In this document: one piece after another, positions 1-13,519 of the stretch
Position numbering within the stretch: the first letter of the stretch is position 1
How the letters are laid out: every line of letters starts with the position of its first letter
Assembly: GCA_964016885.1 (NCBI GenBank)
Contig: OZ024744.1
Coordinates: forward strand, 25,916,001-25,980,000
DNA from: Eledone cirrhosa
Lineage: Eukaryota
Direction: 5' to 3'
DNA length: 64,000 bases
Notes under the pieces: model-generated
The model's database searches: none
What the model was told of the DNA's origin: nothing
What the model saw: only the letters and a program-made list of their open reading frames with translations
Position numbers and translations under genes: made by a program

Positions 1-896
1 GTGGACACCCCTTTGGGATAAAAATGGACTCGGCGGATTATTATAAACAAACAATGTGACTCATTGTCAGAGTTCGGTTGGAGTCTCCCTTGAAAGTCTT
101 ACGTTCTGTAGTCGGAAGTTACGCCTGAGACAAAATTGTTTGGACCCCTGCATCGTAGAAAATATAATCAGTTTAAAGTGTTAAAAAATTAATGAAATTG
201 TATTGTGTTAAAGTTTGTAATATACAATTGCAAAAGAAATCGTACTTGAATAAGAGAAATTGTTAATACATGTGTATACAACCATGGTTCAAAAACAAAC
301 TGTCGGATTCAACTCAAGCCTAATGAGATGCATATTTATGTGATGTTTCATAGGGAAGAAGTGAGAAACATTAGAGCACGTGAAAATATATACGAGAAGA
401 GACGATGAATTATCTAAGTGATAGGTAACAAATCTTACTACAGGTTTCAATAGCATTTGAATTCAAAATATAAAGAGTCGAAAAAGTAACACAAAGCATT
501 TCGCATTACGGCACAGGAAGGCACCAAGAGAAGGCCTCCGGTTGTAAAACATTGCCTCGCAAAATACCCTAAGAAGCTTAGTATGGAGTCTGCAGGGACA
601 AATGTACATAAAATGATGTCTTTGCTGTATTCCCCTCTAAACGTTAATGATTCTCACAAATCACCTCACTTCCTTGGGTAAATCTTATTGTTCGTATTCT
701 ATAAAACTGAAACCTTTCTCTTATTTTAGAAATTAACGTTGCCTGAGAAACGTTGTGATGAAGGCGGTTGAGTTGAAATTGTTAGCAAACCGATAGCATG
801 AAGTGGTTCCTATCACAGACTATCTCATTAAACCTAAGCCCGGGTTCCCCAATCTAGGCAAAGTTCCTATCACAGACTATCTCATTTAACCTAAAC

Positions 897-1213
897 CAGG
901 GTTTCCCAATCTAAGCGATATCAACTTTTGGATGAATGATGAGCAAATAAACAGAAAATGGTGGGCGATTGGAAATGTTGGTGGATGTTATAAGATTTTG
1001 AGTATTAAGAAGTTATTTCCACGTACCATCACCGAAAGAATATGCAAAAACCTGTGTAAAAATATAGGAGGCTTAATGGGAATAACGAACCAGTAACAAC
1101 ATTTTACCGAAGATTTTTTTTATATGCTTTTCAATGTTTATTTTACAGGTGGGTGGGGGAAACATTTTCCGTGTGAAAGTGGGTGATGACACAAATAAGG
1201 TTAGGAACCCTTG
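897..1213. mobile_element. hAT-like MITE remnant
   Basis: Imperfect terminal inverted repeats CAGGGTTTCCCAATCT ... AGGTTAGGAACCCTTG. It is preceded by a ~58-bp local duplication (~805-915). Confidence 0.45.
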
Positions 1214-2709
1214 ACACAAAACATCATTACTCTTTAGGGAAAGGCATTAACATCACACATCTAATGGTGGTAAGAAACTCTAAGGAGAGCTGGACAGCAG
1301 AAGGTCTTCAGAGAAGCCTTTAACTTTTTACACTCTAAGGGGACTGGGCCACATCCCCGTTATGACTCTTGGGTTCCCTCTAAGGGGTACGGGCTCCATC
1401 CCCGTCGTGAATCTTGGGTCCCCTTCTGCTGATATTTCGCCTTCTGGATATCGGAGACTTGTTTATGCCGAAGTAAATGTAATTTAGAATAGGTAGGAAG
1501 ACGATTTCCATTTTCTATTCCTGTTCGTCCTCTTACATGTGCCTGTTTTGAATATAAAGTTTTTAATATGTTGAAAGTCAAAGAATAAATAAAATGAATT
1601 TTTCCAGGGTAATTTATTCATTCAACGTCTGTGCAATATTTCATGTCCCTCGTCCTTGGTTAAACTGATGAAAGATAAAGTTTTACTGACAAATTCTGGA
1701 AAGTTATTGAGCTTCGTCGTATTGTTTGTTTAGTTTGTTCTATTTTAGGACACCATAAAGACAGGTTGATTTAAGCTGCAGCTGCCTGATAGAAATTAAG
1801 CCAGTAGTTGCTGTTGGGGGTTGCAATGGTTACAGAGTAAGTTGTAGTTAAAAAATAAAGAACATTCTTATAAATATAAAAGAAAGAGTAAGAGAAAACA
1901 ACATTAAAAAAATGTGTCTGAGTTATTTCAGTTCAGAACACCAGCCATGATAACAACCGAACAAATGGATCTGAAGTAATCGCATGGAAGATGGCATCGT
2001 GTGAATTGGACACGGTAATTAATTTTGTAGAATGTCTGCTGTGATGAATTACATCAAAAGAACAAAATAATAATCTAAAATAAAAAGAGTAAAATATGTA
2101 TAAATATAGAGAAAAACAACATTATTTGGCCGGCAACTACATGCAAAGAAGCTTTCATTAGCTTGATCTGTAAAGAATTAAAATGTAGTAATGGTCGCTG
2201 AACTAGCCAAGTTAAAAAAAAAAAGAAGAAATAAAAACAAGAGCAGATAACAACAAAATTTAGTAGAAATAACTGTCAAAGAGAGTGCCACCTCTTCTAA
2301 TAATTGGCCACGCCTGTCTTCTAGTGGCCATGAATTTTAAGCCTATGTCCATGAAATACTGCCAACCACATGTGAAAACAAAAGTTTGATCTTTCAATTA
2401 GTAAACAATAGAAATTATAGAAGTCTGACTAAAAGAAATTTAGATATTCAAATAGCTGAGAAATTACAATAAAATGTGTTTCTGCTAACGTACAGATTGT
2501 TAAACAATTTTGTCGCCATGTTGTAGATTTAATGTAAATCAGCTTGATTTGGGAGGGTCATGTTGCGAATAAAACACACGCACCAACTGTTTTTGATTCA
2601 GTTTATTAAGAATCAGAAGCCTATATTAAACCGTCGGAGTGACCTGGACTCATGGAAACACCTATACACATACTCCGACAGGTATGAATTTACCAAACCA
2701 GGTATAATC

Positions 2710-2748
2710 TAGTCCGATGAAGGATTATTACTCTGAAAGCGCTCACTA
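2710..2748 (+). ncRNA. Minimal type I hammerhead ribozyme motif (C at position 4)
   Basis: tagt-CCGATGA-aggattattactct-GAAA-gcgc-TC-acta. Stem I is tagt/acta and stem III is the palindrome gcgc. Upstream sequence (~2548-2590) resembles the PLE-end family at 37830-38600. Confidence 0.6.
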
Positions 2749-3078
2749 TCAAGTGATCAATGCAAAGCCAGCAACAGTGCGCGTAGACTGTAGCTACGTG
2801 GCCGTTCACGGTAATTATACTAACACAAATCCTAATCCTATTTCTAACTCTAGCCCTATGGTGATTTTAATCCTAACACTAACTCGCACGTGCTCATCTT
2901 GCTACACTTCTACCTAAACGAACCATAAAACACAAAACATAAACAGTTTTATCTTATTTATTATATTCTAGCTTCTCTATCCCAGCGCTCCTATAGCTTA
3001 TTCTTCTTATTTTGCCTTGAACCGTAAACACTACAAAAACAAAAAAATACACAACCTTTAAACATGCATATATGTATG

Positions 3079-3152
<74 letters not shown>

Positions 3153-3710
3153 CGGTATATGCTTAACTACATTTACAGGCGCTTTGAATGTGTTTTTGCA
3201 CATAAACTCGCATATCTGATGAGATATCGAGGCAAACATGTTTCCACTAAATTTCGATCACTTAGTTCTTCTTAATTATCTCTTTACATACATATATACA
3301 TACTATATACATACAATACATACATATCTCGCTATCTATCTATCTATCTATATCTATCTACGGGTTGCTATTGAGATTTATATTCCGTTGATGTTATCGT
3401 TCTATGCTGTAGTTAAATACATTGTTGTCAACAGGAGGAACATAATAGCACCACTGACGATGTTGCAGATGTGCAACGAAAGAGCTTTGTTTGACTATAT
3501 ATATGTGTTTATATCTATGATATATTATATCTGTATTTTTTACCGTTGGTCAGTCAATGATAAATATTGAGGGCCAAATGAATTAACTGTGGAGATATAA
3601 AAGATACAGAAACGAAAACCAACCAAACAGTGCGTGTGTTCTGTTATTATTTCTGGCAATATTATTACAATATGACCCACCCCAAGTATAACAATATATA
3701 TATATGAATA

Positions 3711-4025
3711 TAATAACTAGAAATTGATTAACATATAAATATACATGAATAATCACAGGAGATAATTTTTACAAGCGTGTAACCACGCATGGCTAGTGGG
3801 TAATAAATAAATATATACCTTTAAGTATGATTAACCTTCCTTGTATATATCCCATTAAAGAAATATATTTCACCAATTAATCAGATGGTAAGTCACGAAA
3901 GTGGATATTTCTGCATTGTCAACAAGGAAGAATAATGTCCAGCGATCCATGCTCACACCTGTTCATATCATCATCTGGCCGCTACCACGTGTTGTGTCTA
4001 CACATCACAGCAGCTTCGTTTCAGT
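3711..4025. repeat. Dispersed repeat, homologous to the fold-back element at 39155-39595
   Basis: Shared ataactagaaattgattaacatataaatatacatgaataatc... sequence and its continuation. Confidence 0.7.
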
Positions 4026-4135
4026 GGCGTGAATAGGTATTCGACAACTAGAAATAGCAGTCAAATTCCCTATCAACAGAAATAGAATATATATATATAT
4101 ATATGTATAAATATATATATATATATATAAATATA

Positions 4136-4187
<52 letters not shown>

Positions 4188-4302
4188 TGGAAGTTTAGTA
4201 AGATCGAAGCTTTGGCTGTGGCCAAGCAAAGTCGACCTACAATAAGGGATGAGTTAGCAAAGCAGGTCCTTAGAGTAATAACATACGTTTAAATAGCTTG
4301 AC

Positions 4303-4415
<113 letters not shown>

Positions 4416-4429
4416 TTATACATATATAA

Positions 4430-4570
4430 CTTTGATAGGTTTCGGCCAGTATTGGCCCAGGCCATGTCCAACTTAATAGCACCATCTGCTTTGATTTGTT
4501 TTGGTGTAATGTTAAAGAGTGCAGGGCCAATTGAGGTGAAATAATTGTGCCGTATTGTTGTTATGTGATA
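4430..4570 (-). mobile_element. CR1/Jockey-group LINE 3' fragment
   Basis: The minus-strand peptide [24 protein letters not shown] resembles a LINE ORF2 C-terminus. It is followed by a ggcc-aatact-ggcc hairpin and (TA)n. Confidence 0.45.
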
Positions 4571-4659
4571 TATATATATATATATACTTGCAGACACACA
4601 CACACGCGCGCACGCACGCACGTACGGACGGACGCACATATATATATATATATATATAT

Positions 4660-4780
4660 AACGAAGGAAGTGTGGTAAGAAACCAGGCGGATTATAACGC
4701 ACCAGAGTACTCAATGCTTTGAAATAGTGTCCAGAAATAGACCTCGAAACGGCTTGAGCCCTGTCGTAGGGGTCTTGAAC
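4660..4780. mobile_element. PLE-end family D copy with internal inversion and 3' half of a hammerhead
   Basis: The aacgaaggaagtgtggtaag end is shared with 25835-25951, 56999-57210 and 62502-62690. It contains GAAA-cggc..gtcg-TA-ggggtc. Confidence 0.6.
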
Positions 4781-4786
4781 ATTTTC

Positions 4787-4825
<39 letters not shown>

Positions 4826-4887
4826 TATATATATATATTTATATATATATATTTATATATATATTTTCGCTCTACATAGCTGAATAC

Positions 4888-5101
4888 AATAAATGTAATC
4901 AGAGTTTTGCGAATATTAATAATAACATTCGATTTGTTTCCAATTTTGCAAACAAGCCTAAATTTTATAGCCATGTCAGTAGAATGAACCCTTCATTCTA
5001 CTGACATGGCAATCAAATTGAGGCTTGTTTGCAAAATTGCATAATTGCAAACGAATCGAATGTTGTTAATTAATATTCGAAAAACTCAGATTACATTTAT
5101 T
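4888..5101. repeat. Fold-back palindrome (~100-bp diverged arms) between (TA)n tracts
   Basis: Centre gccatgtcagtagaatgaa-ccc-ttcattctactgacatggc; outer arms aataaatgtaatc / gattacatttatt. Confidence 0.85.
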
Positions 5102-5106
5102 ATATA

Positions 5107-5183
<77 letters not shown>

Positions 5184-5187
<4 letters not shown>

Positions 5188-5545
5188 CGTTTCTGAATTT
5201 GTTTAGCAAGATTCTTTATCGGAAAACGTGTGTTGAAACCGATATTGTTATACTTTGGGAGGGTTATGTTGCCAATAAGAAACTGAAAATATGAAAAATG
5301 GCGCAGGACAGAACAAAGGAGAGGCACAAAAACAAAGAAAAGAATCGCCAGTCACTGGAGAGGTCACAGAATGTGTGACGAAAGAACTTTGACAATATAT
5401 AAACAACTATCTGGTTGTGGAACCAACCAACCAACCGGAAATTTATAAATTCCTAAATTTATAAATTTATTATAATAAATTGAAGTGAAAGCAACTGGTG
5501 CGTGTATTTCTTATTGGCAACATGACCCTCCCAAAGTATAACAAT
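5184..5545. mobile_element. PLE-end family B inverted fragment with degenerate hammerhead at 5351-5393 (+)
   Basis: Homologous to 37830-38150. Motif gtca-CTGGAGA-ggtcac..gtgac-GAAA-gaac-TT-tgac. The segment 5243-5283 recurs inverted at 5508-5545. Confidence 0.7.
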
Positions 5546-5573
5546 ATATATATATGTGTGTATGTGGGGGGGG

Positions 5574-5638
<65 letters not shown>

Positions 5639-5650
5639 TGTGTGTATATA

Positions 5651-5867
5651 TCTCAGATTTGAGAAAAACCACAGACCCTCCATCTCAACTCTACTTTTGA
5701 AAAGCAGAAGAACTGCGAAACCGGAAAAGGAACCAAATAAATATATATATTTTTAGAAAAATAAGACTCAAGTTGCATTTTCGATTTCATCTTCTTTTCT
5801 TTATACTTTCACTCGTGTAGGACACCTCGGTTAATTTTCGTTTTGTAAAAAAAACCTCACTTTCTAA
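5651..5867 (+). mobile_element. Hammerhead mini-element family A, single copy
   Basis: ~215-bp unit gagaaaaaccacagaccctcc...cctcactttctaa followed by (TA)n. The hammerhead-like motif is at 5694-5730 with a mutated cleavage triplet. Confidence 0.75.
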
Positions 5868-5967
5868 TATATATATATATATGTAAATATAGATCGAGAT
5901 TCAGGCAGATCGAAAGACAGAGAGGCGGAGAAACGGAGAAGTAAGGGGTCTGGTGGGTAAGTAGATA

Positions 5968-6213
5968 AATTTCTTTATTAGCCACAAGGGCACAAAAGAA
6001 GGGGACAAATACAAATCAAGAGTTTACATACAGGTATATGAAAATAAAACTATTAATAAAATAACAAATAACAATTGATATCCCTAATAGGGGGGAGGCG
6101 TTGCACAGGGGTTGTACACACCCCGAAAAAATGTACAACCCTCATCTCCAGGAGTGAGTAGTCCCTTCCTCTCTTCCTCTTTTTCCTCAACCTACAGGCT
6201 TATATAGAGAGAA
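5968..6213 (-). mobile_element. 5'-truncated Tx1/L1-like LINE 3' end with 16-bp target site duplication
   Basis: Near-identical to 21315-21570. Flanked by the direct repeat ggtgggtaagtagata at 5952-5967 and 6214-6229. Confidence 0.85.
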
Positions 6214-6554
6214 GGTGGGTAAGTAGATATACAGACAGAAAGGTATATAGTCGCATTCGTTTCCTTAACAGCTTAGTATTTTTTCTTGAATATTAATTTT
6301 GTTTTCTGTTATGTTGTGAAACCTGGCCATCGTGATGCCCGTCATCAGATCATCATGAAGGGTTGTTTAAGTCAGCAGAGATTCTCAAACTGCGTCGACC
6401 GCTGCCCTCTTCACAGCTACGTCATACGCTCAGTCCCTCCTCAACCCTACATACATATAATACAGATAATTAGGGTGCTTATCCGTCGAGCTAATGTTGT
6501 AAAGCCGCGAAGAAACTCAGAGTCTCCATTCACCGATATATTTGCATTCATATA

Positions 6555-6785
6555 TATATTGTTATACTTTGGTAGGGCCATGTTGCCCATAAAAACACAC
6601 GCATCTGTTGGTATTCAGTTCAATAACCGGTAATTGAAACAACCGAACGGAAATCTAATAAATTGGTGAAAACCAACAGGTGCTTGTGTTTTTATTGGCA
6701 ACATGGCCCTGCCAAAGTATAACAATGTCTGTTAAAACACACGTTTCCAGAGAAGAAATCTTGCAAAGCAATTTAAAGAATGAAG
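6555..6785. mobile_element. PLE-end family B inverted fragment
   Basis: attgttatactttggtagggccatgttgcc is inverted against ggcaacatggccctgccaaagtataacaat; related to 37830-37945. Confidence 0.6.
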
Positions 6786-6801
6786 TGTGTGTGTGTGTGT
6801 G

Positions 6802-6842
<41 letters not shown>

Positions 6843-6902
6843 AGAATAATAAATGTGGAGACTAAAATCCAAAGAGGCCTCGATAAAGATAAATATGTAT
6901 TT

Positions 6903-6955
6903 AAGTTTCAGAAGATCCCGTTAAGGGTGAGAGCAGCGATTCCTTGCTTAAACTT
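6903..6955 (+). ncRNA. Hammerhead-like motif family C (CAGAAGA core), degenerate copy
   Basis: aagttt-CAGAAGA-tcccgttaagggt-GAGA-gca..tgc-TT-aaactt. Confidence 0.5.
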
Positions 6956-7016
6956 TAATCTGTTATTTTAACAGCCGGATGACTGAAACAAGTAAAAGAG
7001 TAAAAGAGTACATATA

Positions 7017-7124
<108 letters not shown>

Positions 7125-7988
7125 TCGTGCTGAAGGGACACTTATTTGTATGGACCACTGGTAGTCTTCCAATTTCTTATGTCTAGGAACGTCATAATCA
7201 GTAAGCCGTTGGTTCATAACCTATGGCTAGTCTAGACCGATTGTAACTCCTTTCTATATTTCCTCACACATCTACCATTGTTAGTATTTGAGCCAATGAA
7301 AGAGGGGGGGGGGGGGGGGGGCATTACATGGCGATTGAAACCTTCCGCAAATCAGACACTGATGTTCCTTTTTTTAAAAAACTATAACAAAAAATACTAA
7401 CAATAATGTATTCCTAAATAAACTAAACATGAAACAAAGACAAGCCTGACATGGCCGTGACGCCTTTCATAATAAATACGTCTGCTCCGATCACAGATGA
7501 CCCGGGCTTTAATAACACCAACAATAACAACAACAGCAACAATAATTCAGACAACCACGTCGTTGATCTCACCACCACTTTTCCAAGGATTATGAAGGTC
7601 ATGAGCACGGCCCCTTTCTCCAGACCAACATAATAAAAAGTAAAAAAAAAAAACCCTAAACCAAAGAAAACAAAAGACTAAGGCTCGTATACTATTTCCA
7701 CATTTCTCACTCTGCACTGCTTCAACCCTTACCTAACTGTTTTTCTCTTTCTCTTCCCTACTTTGCACAGAATGCACCCGTCCCCCGCTCCACGAAACAA
7801 TTCATAAAAGCCCTGCGACACTTTCCTGTCATTAACACCCTTATTTCTCTCCTTCCACCATAACGCCGCCATCTTTTATTTCACTTCTCTTACGCAACTA
7901 AACGACTTTCTTCAAGCCTCCTTTTTCCTCTTTTCCTAAAAGCCTTTCTTCACTTTTTACATCATGTCATATGTATGTATACACACGC

Positions 7989-8109
<121 letters not shown>

Positions 8110-8204
8110 CACACATATATACTGTATATATATATACAGACAAACAAGCATACACACATATACACACGCACATATATGATATATGTATATATATACACAC
8201 ACGC

Positions 8205-8240
<36 letters not shown>

Positions 8241-8473
8241 GTATTATATATATGTGTGTATGTGTGTGCGTGTTTATACATATATATATATAAACACACA
8301 CGCGCGCACACACACACTCATATATATATACATATATACATGTTGTAAAACTTAAATGAAAGACTATATATTATAAATGATTGTGACCCACTACGTAGTA
8401 TGACCACCACTTGCGTTCTCTTCCCCTTTAATTTACAGACTTACTACCTCGCTGTTATAAGTTCCTAGAATGT

Positions 8474-8940
8474 CAACGCCATAGCCCCTGTATCCAACGC
8501 CATAGCCTCTGTATCCAAAGCCATAGCCCCTGTATCCAACGCCATAGCCCCTGTATCCAACGCCATAGCCCCTGTATCCAACGCCATAGCCTCTGTATCC
8601 AAAGCCATAGCCCCTGTATCCAACGCCATAGCCTCTGTATCCAAAGCCATAGCCCCTGTATCCAACGCGATAGCCCCTGTATCCAACGCCATAGCCTCTG
8701 TATCCAAAGCCATAGCCTCTGTATCCAACGCCATAGCCTCTGAATCCAACGCCATAGCCCCTGTATCCAACGCGATAGCCTCTGTATCCAACGCCATAGC
8801 CTCTGAATCCAACGCCATAGCCCCTGTATCCAACGCCATAGCCCCTGTATCCAACGCCATAGCCTCTGTATCCAACGCCATAGCCCCTGTATCCAACGCC
8901 ATAGCCTCTGTATCCAACGCCATAGCCCCTGTATCCAACG
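8474..8940. repeat. 21-bp minisatellite, about 22 copies
   Basis: Unit gccatagcc(c/t)ctgtatccaac; reads ALDT(G/E)AM on the minus strand. Confidence 0.95.
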
Positions 8941-9479
8941 ACATTAGACTCTAAGGTCTAGACAAAGGCAGCAGTGCAATGGAGGACGCAGACTAAGCTA
9001 TATTTACTCTCTACAGTCACGAGTGAGAACATTATAGAAGTGTCGGTATTTCATTGTAGGAGATGCATAAGGAACTACAGCCTTTTGGGGCAAGGTTGGA
9101 TCCAAGGATCGTCAGTGCGTATGATTTGAGAGTGGTTTGGCTGTTATTTTGAGTAACTGAAGCGGCCGTAACTGAAGCTGATTCGTTAATTCTTACCTTG
9201 TTTTATTTGTTATTTTTGTTCCCCTGATCGGTGATCCCTATTTGAAAAGGTGACAACAACTATTTTGCAAATTATTTAGATGTATGTCTGTTTGTTGAGA
9301 GAGGTTGAGAGAGAGAGATGGAGGGTGTGGTGGTGGGGGGGGGGGGGGGAGAATTAATGAGAGAAAGAGATACATAAACAAGAAAGATGAGAGAGATAGA
9401 GATGGCTAACTAAATGGAAAGAGAAATAGCTAGAGTTTAGTGAAATATAGTGATGTATCAGAAGTTTTTCCTCACTGTG

Positions 9480-9990
9480 TATGTAATGTCGGTTTCAAAT
9501 GTAGTGGTCAAGTGCATCAGCTTTTCTTCCTCTTTGCTCATGACCTATTACAATATGTGTATGCATTTAATGTTCTTGGCATAGTGTTTCAGGTCATCCA
9601 CAAAGAAATTATGGGTTAAGTACGTATTTCTGTTCTTCTGTTAGCCAATGGTGTATCCTTCACATTTCTTGAGCAGAAAGGACAAGGGGTTTAATAACAG
9701 GATAAATAATATCACAGAGAGACTGTCTCCTTGAAATATACCCCTGTGATATTTTATTTTATTAGTGAAAATAGAGTTCTCCTTCTCTGTCTTTAACTTT
9801 AGGATAGTAGCCCAAGAAGAAGACAGCCTCTCTATGGCTCTGACAATAATTACTGAGACTTTAGCAAGTTGGGGGGTCTCTATCATCTAAGAGTGGGGAA
9901 CAGATTGAAAAAATCAAAAGCTTGCCTGTAGTCTAGACAGACTGTAGCCATATTCCTCATAAGCTGTTGCACATCCGATAACGCAGCTTT
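9480..9990 (-). pseudogene. R4/Dong-like non-LTR retrotransposon reverse transcriptase fragment
   Basis: Motifs DYRQAFD, YHRGIFQGDSLSVILFILLLNPLS and THNFFVDDLKHY, with stops and frameshifts. Confidence 0.8.
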
Positions 9991-10009
9991 ATGTATGTAT
10001 GTATGTATG

Positions 10010-10077
10010 TTATCTCTTTCTCTTAAGTTCGAGTATATTTTTTTGACCGGCCACCCTCCTGGTGGTAAGGTTGTAAA

Positions 10078-10078
<1 letters not shown>
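10010..10078 (-). mobile_element. Isolated 3' end of the R4/Dong-like element inside (ATGT)n
   Basis: Nearly identical to 34911-34980, which follows the stop of the restriction-like endonuclease ORF. Confidence 0.8.
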
Positions 10079-10108
<30 letters not shown>

Positions 10109-10167
10109 TGTATGTATGTATGTATGTATGTATGTATGTATGTATGTATGTATGTATGTATGTATGT

Positions 10168-13155
10168 GTCAGGTCACCAGTTGGTGCTACTGGTAACATG
10201 TATCCCAGTACAACCTGTCTCATTGTCGGGTCGTTGGCGACTAAACTGACAACCCCACCAAGGTTTCTTGGTGAGGAGGGTGACTTTGGACATCCTGCAG
10301 GACTAAAAACAAAACCTGTCAAAGGACAAAGGAGCTCTTAAGAGTCAATGGCCATCCAAAATCAGCGGGAGAGATGACCCCTTAGCCTTTGTCAAGGCAG
10401 AATTCTAGGAGAAGGAAAACTCTGATATAACACCTGCAATCCTGATGGTATCCAATGATGTTGACTTGTTCTTCTTTTTGGTAAATATCATCTTGGTTAA
10501 GAGAGTGGGACTGGCTTTGTGCAGTGCCTTTGCTCACTATAAAAGCTTCACGGCACATGCATTGCTTTGTATCTGGAGATCTCTCTGCACTTGTCTTCAC
10601 ATGGTACCATGTACACTATGTGTCAATAATTGTCACAAGTGTAGTGTTTGTGCCAGAGTTTTCAAGTCGCTGGCTGGACTAAAAAGTCACACTCGTTCAG
10701 CACATCGGTAGGGGTTCTCTTACATGGATATAAAGTAGTGGCCGTACTCGAAAACGAGTTGGCAGCCACCATGTATGTATGTATGTATGTATGTATGTAT
10801 GTATGTATGTATGTATGTATGTATGTATGTATGTATGTATGTATGTATGTATGTATGTATATAAAAGCTTCACGGCACAGGCATTGCTTTATATCTGGAG
10901 GTCTCTCTGCACTTGTCGTCACATGGTGCCATGTGCCAGCACTATGTGTCAATGCTTGTCACAGGTGTAGTGTTTGTACCAGAGTTTTCAAGTCGCTGGC
11001 TGGACTAACAAGTCACACTTGTCTAGCGCATCGATAGGGATTCTCCTAGATGGATATAAAGTAGTGGCCGTACTCGAAAACGAGTTGGCAGCCACCATAT
11101 ATATATATACAACCTGTCTCATGGTAGGGTCATTGGCGACTAAACTGACAACCCCACCAAGGTTTCCTGGCGAGGTGGGTGACTTTGGACATCCTGCAGG
11201 ACTAAAAACAAAACCTGTCAAAGGGCAAAGGCGCCCCTAAGAGTCAATGGCCATCCAAAATCACCGGGCGAGATGACCCGTTAGCCTTTGTCAAGGCAGA
11301 ATTCTAGGAGAAGGAAAACTCTGATATAACACTTGCAACCCTGATGGTATCCAATGATGTTGACTTGTTCTTCTTTTTGGTAAATATCATCTTGGTTAAG
11401 AGAGTGGGACTGGCTTTGTGCAGTGCCTTTGCTCACTATAAAAGCTTCACGGCACAGGCATTGCTTTATATCTGGAGATCTCTCTGCACTTGTCGTCACA
11501 TGGTACCATGGGCCCAGCAATATGTGTCAATAATTGTCACAACTGCAGTGTTTGTACCAGAGTTTTCAAGTCGCTGGCTGGACTAAAAAGTCACACTCGT
11601 TCAGCACATCGGTAGGGGTTCTCCTACATGGATATGAAGTAGTGGCCGTACTCGAAAACGAGTTGGCAGCCACCATGTATGTATGTATGTATGTATGTAT
11701 GTATGCAGGTATGTATGTATGTATGTATGTATGTATGTATGTATGTATGTATGTATGTATGTATGTATGTATGTATGTATGTATGTATGTATGGAACATG
11801 TATCCCAGTACAAACTGTCTCATAGTCGGGTCTTTGGCGACTAAACTGGCAACCCTACCAAGGTTTCTTGGTGAGGAGGGTGACTTTGGACATCTTGCAG
11901 GACTAAAAAGAAAACCTGTCAAAGGGCAAAGGCGCCCCTAAGAGTCAATGGCCATCCAAAATCACCGGGCGAGATGACCCGTTAGCCTTTGTCAAGGCAG
12001 AATTCTAGGAGAAGGAAAACTCTGATATAACACTTGCAACCCTGATGGTATCCAATGATGTTGACTTGTTCTTCTTTTTGGTAAATATCATCTTGGTTAA
12101 GAGAGTGGGACTGGCTTTGTGCAGTGCCTTTGCTCACTATAAAAGCTTCACGGCACAGGCATTGCTTTATATCTGGAGATCTCTCTGCACTTGTCGTCAC
12201 ATGGTACCATGGGCCCAGCAATATGTGTCAATAATTGTCACAACTGCAGTGTTTGTACCAGAGTTTTCAAGTCGCTGGCTGGACTAAAAAGTCACACTCG
12301 TTCAGCACATCGGTAGGGGTTCTCCTACATGGATATGAAGTAGTGGCCGTACTCGAAAACGAGTTGGCAGCCACCATGTATGTATGTATGTATGTATGTA
12401 TGTATGCAGGTATGTATGTATGTATGTATGTATGTATGTATGTATGTATGTATGTATGTATGTATGTATGTATGTATGTATGTATGTATGGAACATGTAT
12501 CCCAGTACAAACTGTCTCATAGTCGGGTCTTTGGCGACTAAACTGGCAACCCTACCAAGGTTTCTTGGTGAGGAGGGTGACTTTGGACATCTTGCAGGAC
12601 TAAAAAGAAAACCTGTCAAAGGGCAAAGGAGCTCTTAAGAGTCAATGGTCATCCAAAATCAGCGGAAGAGATGACCCCTTAGCCTTTGTCAAGGCAGAAG
12701 TCTAGGTGAAGTAAAACTCTGATATAACACCTGCAACCCTGATGGTATCCAATGATGTTGACTTGTTCTTCTTTTTGGTAAATATCATCTTGGTTAAGAG
12801 AGTGGGAATGGCTTTGTGCAGTGCCTTTGCTCACTATAAAAGCTTCACGGCACAGGCATTGCTTTATATCTGGAGATCTCTCTGCACTTGTCGTCACATG
12901 GTACCATGGGCCCAGCACTATGTGTCAATAATTGTCACAAGTGTAGTGTTTGTACCAGAGTGTTCAAGTCGCTTGCTGGACTTAAAAGTCACACTCGTTC
13001 AGCACATCGATAGGGGTTCTCCTACATCGATATAAAGTAGTGGCCGTACTCGAAAACGAGTTGGCAGCCACCATGTATGCATGTATGTATGTATATATGT
13101 ATGCAGGTATGTATGTATGCAGGTATGTATGTATATATGTATGCATGTGTGTATG
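10168..13155 (+). mobile_element. Head-to-tail array (5 units) of a ~600-bp RTE-derived non-autonomous element with (ATGT)n tails
   Basis: Units at about 10168-10770, 10860-11096, 11108-11673, 11795-12374 and 12492-13072. They carry an RTE-like 5' motif ctaggagaaggaaaactctga, a C2H2 remnant CSVCARVFKSLAGLKSHTRSAHR-stop, a 3' hairpin actcg-aaaa-cgagt, and then (ATGT)n. Confidence 0.8.
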
Positions 13156-13519
13156 TTCTGGATTTATAATTTCACAAATGTTTACCAATAGAGAGAGAGA
13201 CAGTTTCTAACATAGACACAAGACTCTCTCATTTGAATCTACACATCAACTAGGTAGATATGTATGCATGACTGTATGCATGCGTGTGGAGCTATGGGTG
13301 TTGTTGTATGTGTAGATGTGTATGTTTTGAGTTATAAGTGTGTATGTGCATATGCTTTGTATCTGTACATGTGTATATGCAGTAATTAGATGAAGAAAAG
13401 AATTTTTGGAATGTTTTACATATATTTACTGTTCCATAAATGGATTGTACTTGTAATTTCCTAACTAGTTGTGTTCTTTTTATTTCTTTGAAGTCCAGCT
13501 TCTCAAGATTTGTATTAAG

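Noticed and set aside
1662-1720. CTGATGA...GAAA hammerhead candidate
   Set aside because: Stem I does not pair. The same applies to CTGATGA at about 3217, 33975 and 60022.
2820-2885. Telomere-like taaccc repeats
   Set aside because: Short and highly degenerate.
8465-8944. 159-aa ALDTGAM repeat ORF
   Set aside because: The ORF coincides exactly with a 21-bp minisatellite, has no ATG start and shows no exon evidence.
10445-10711. Small C2H2 zinc-finger gene
   Set aside because: It is a LINE C-terminal remnant inside a repeated unit, and the frame differs between copies.
10762-10774. Perfect Kozak-like gccaccATG at the end of each unit
   Set aside because: It leads only into (ATGT)n and is likely a coincidence of the hairpin-tail junction.
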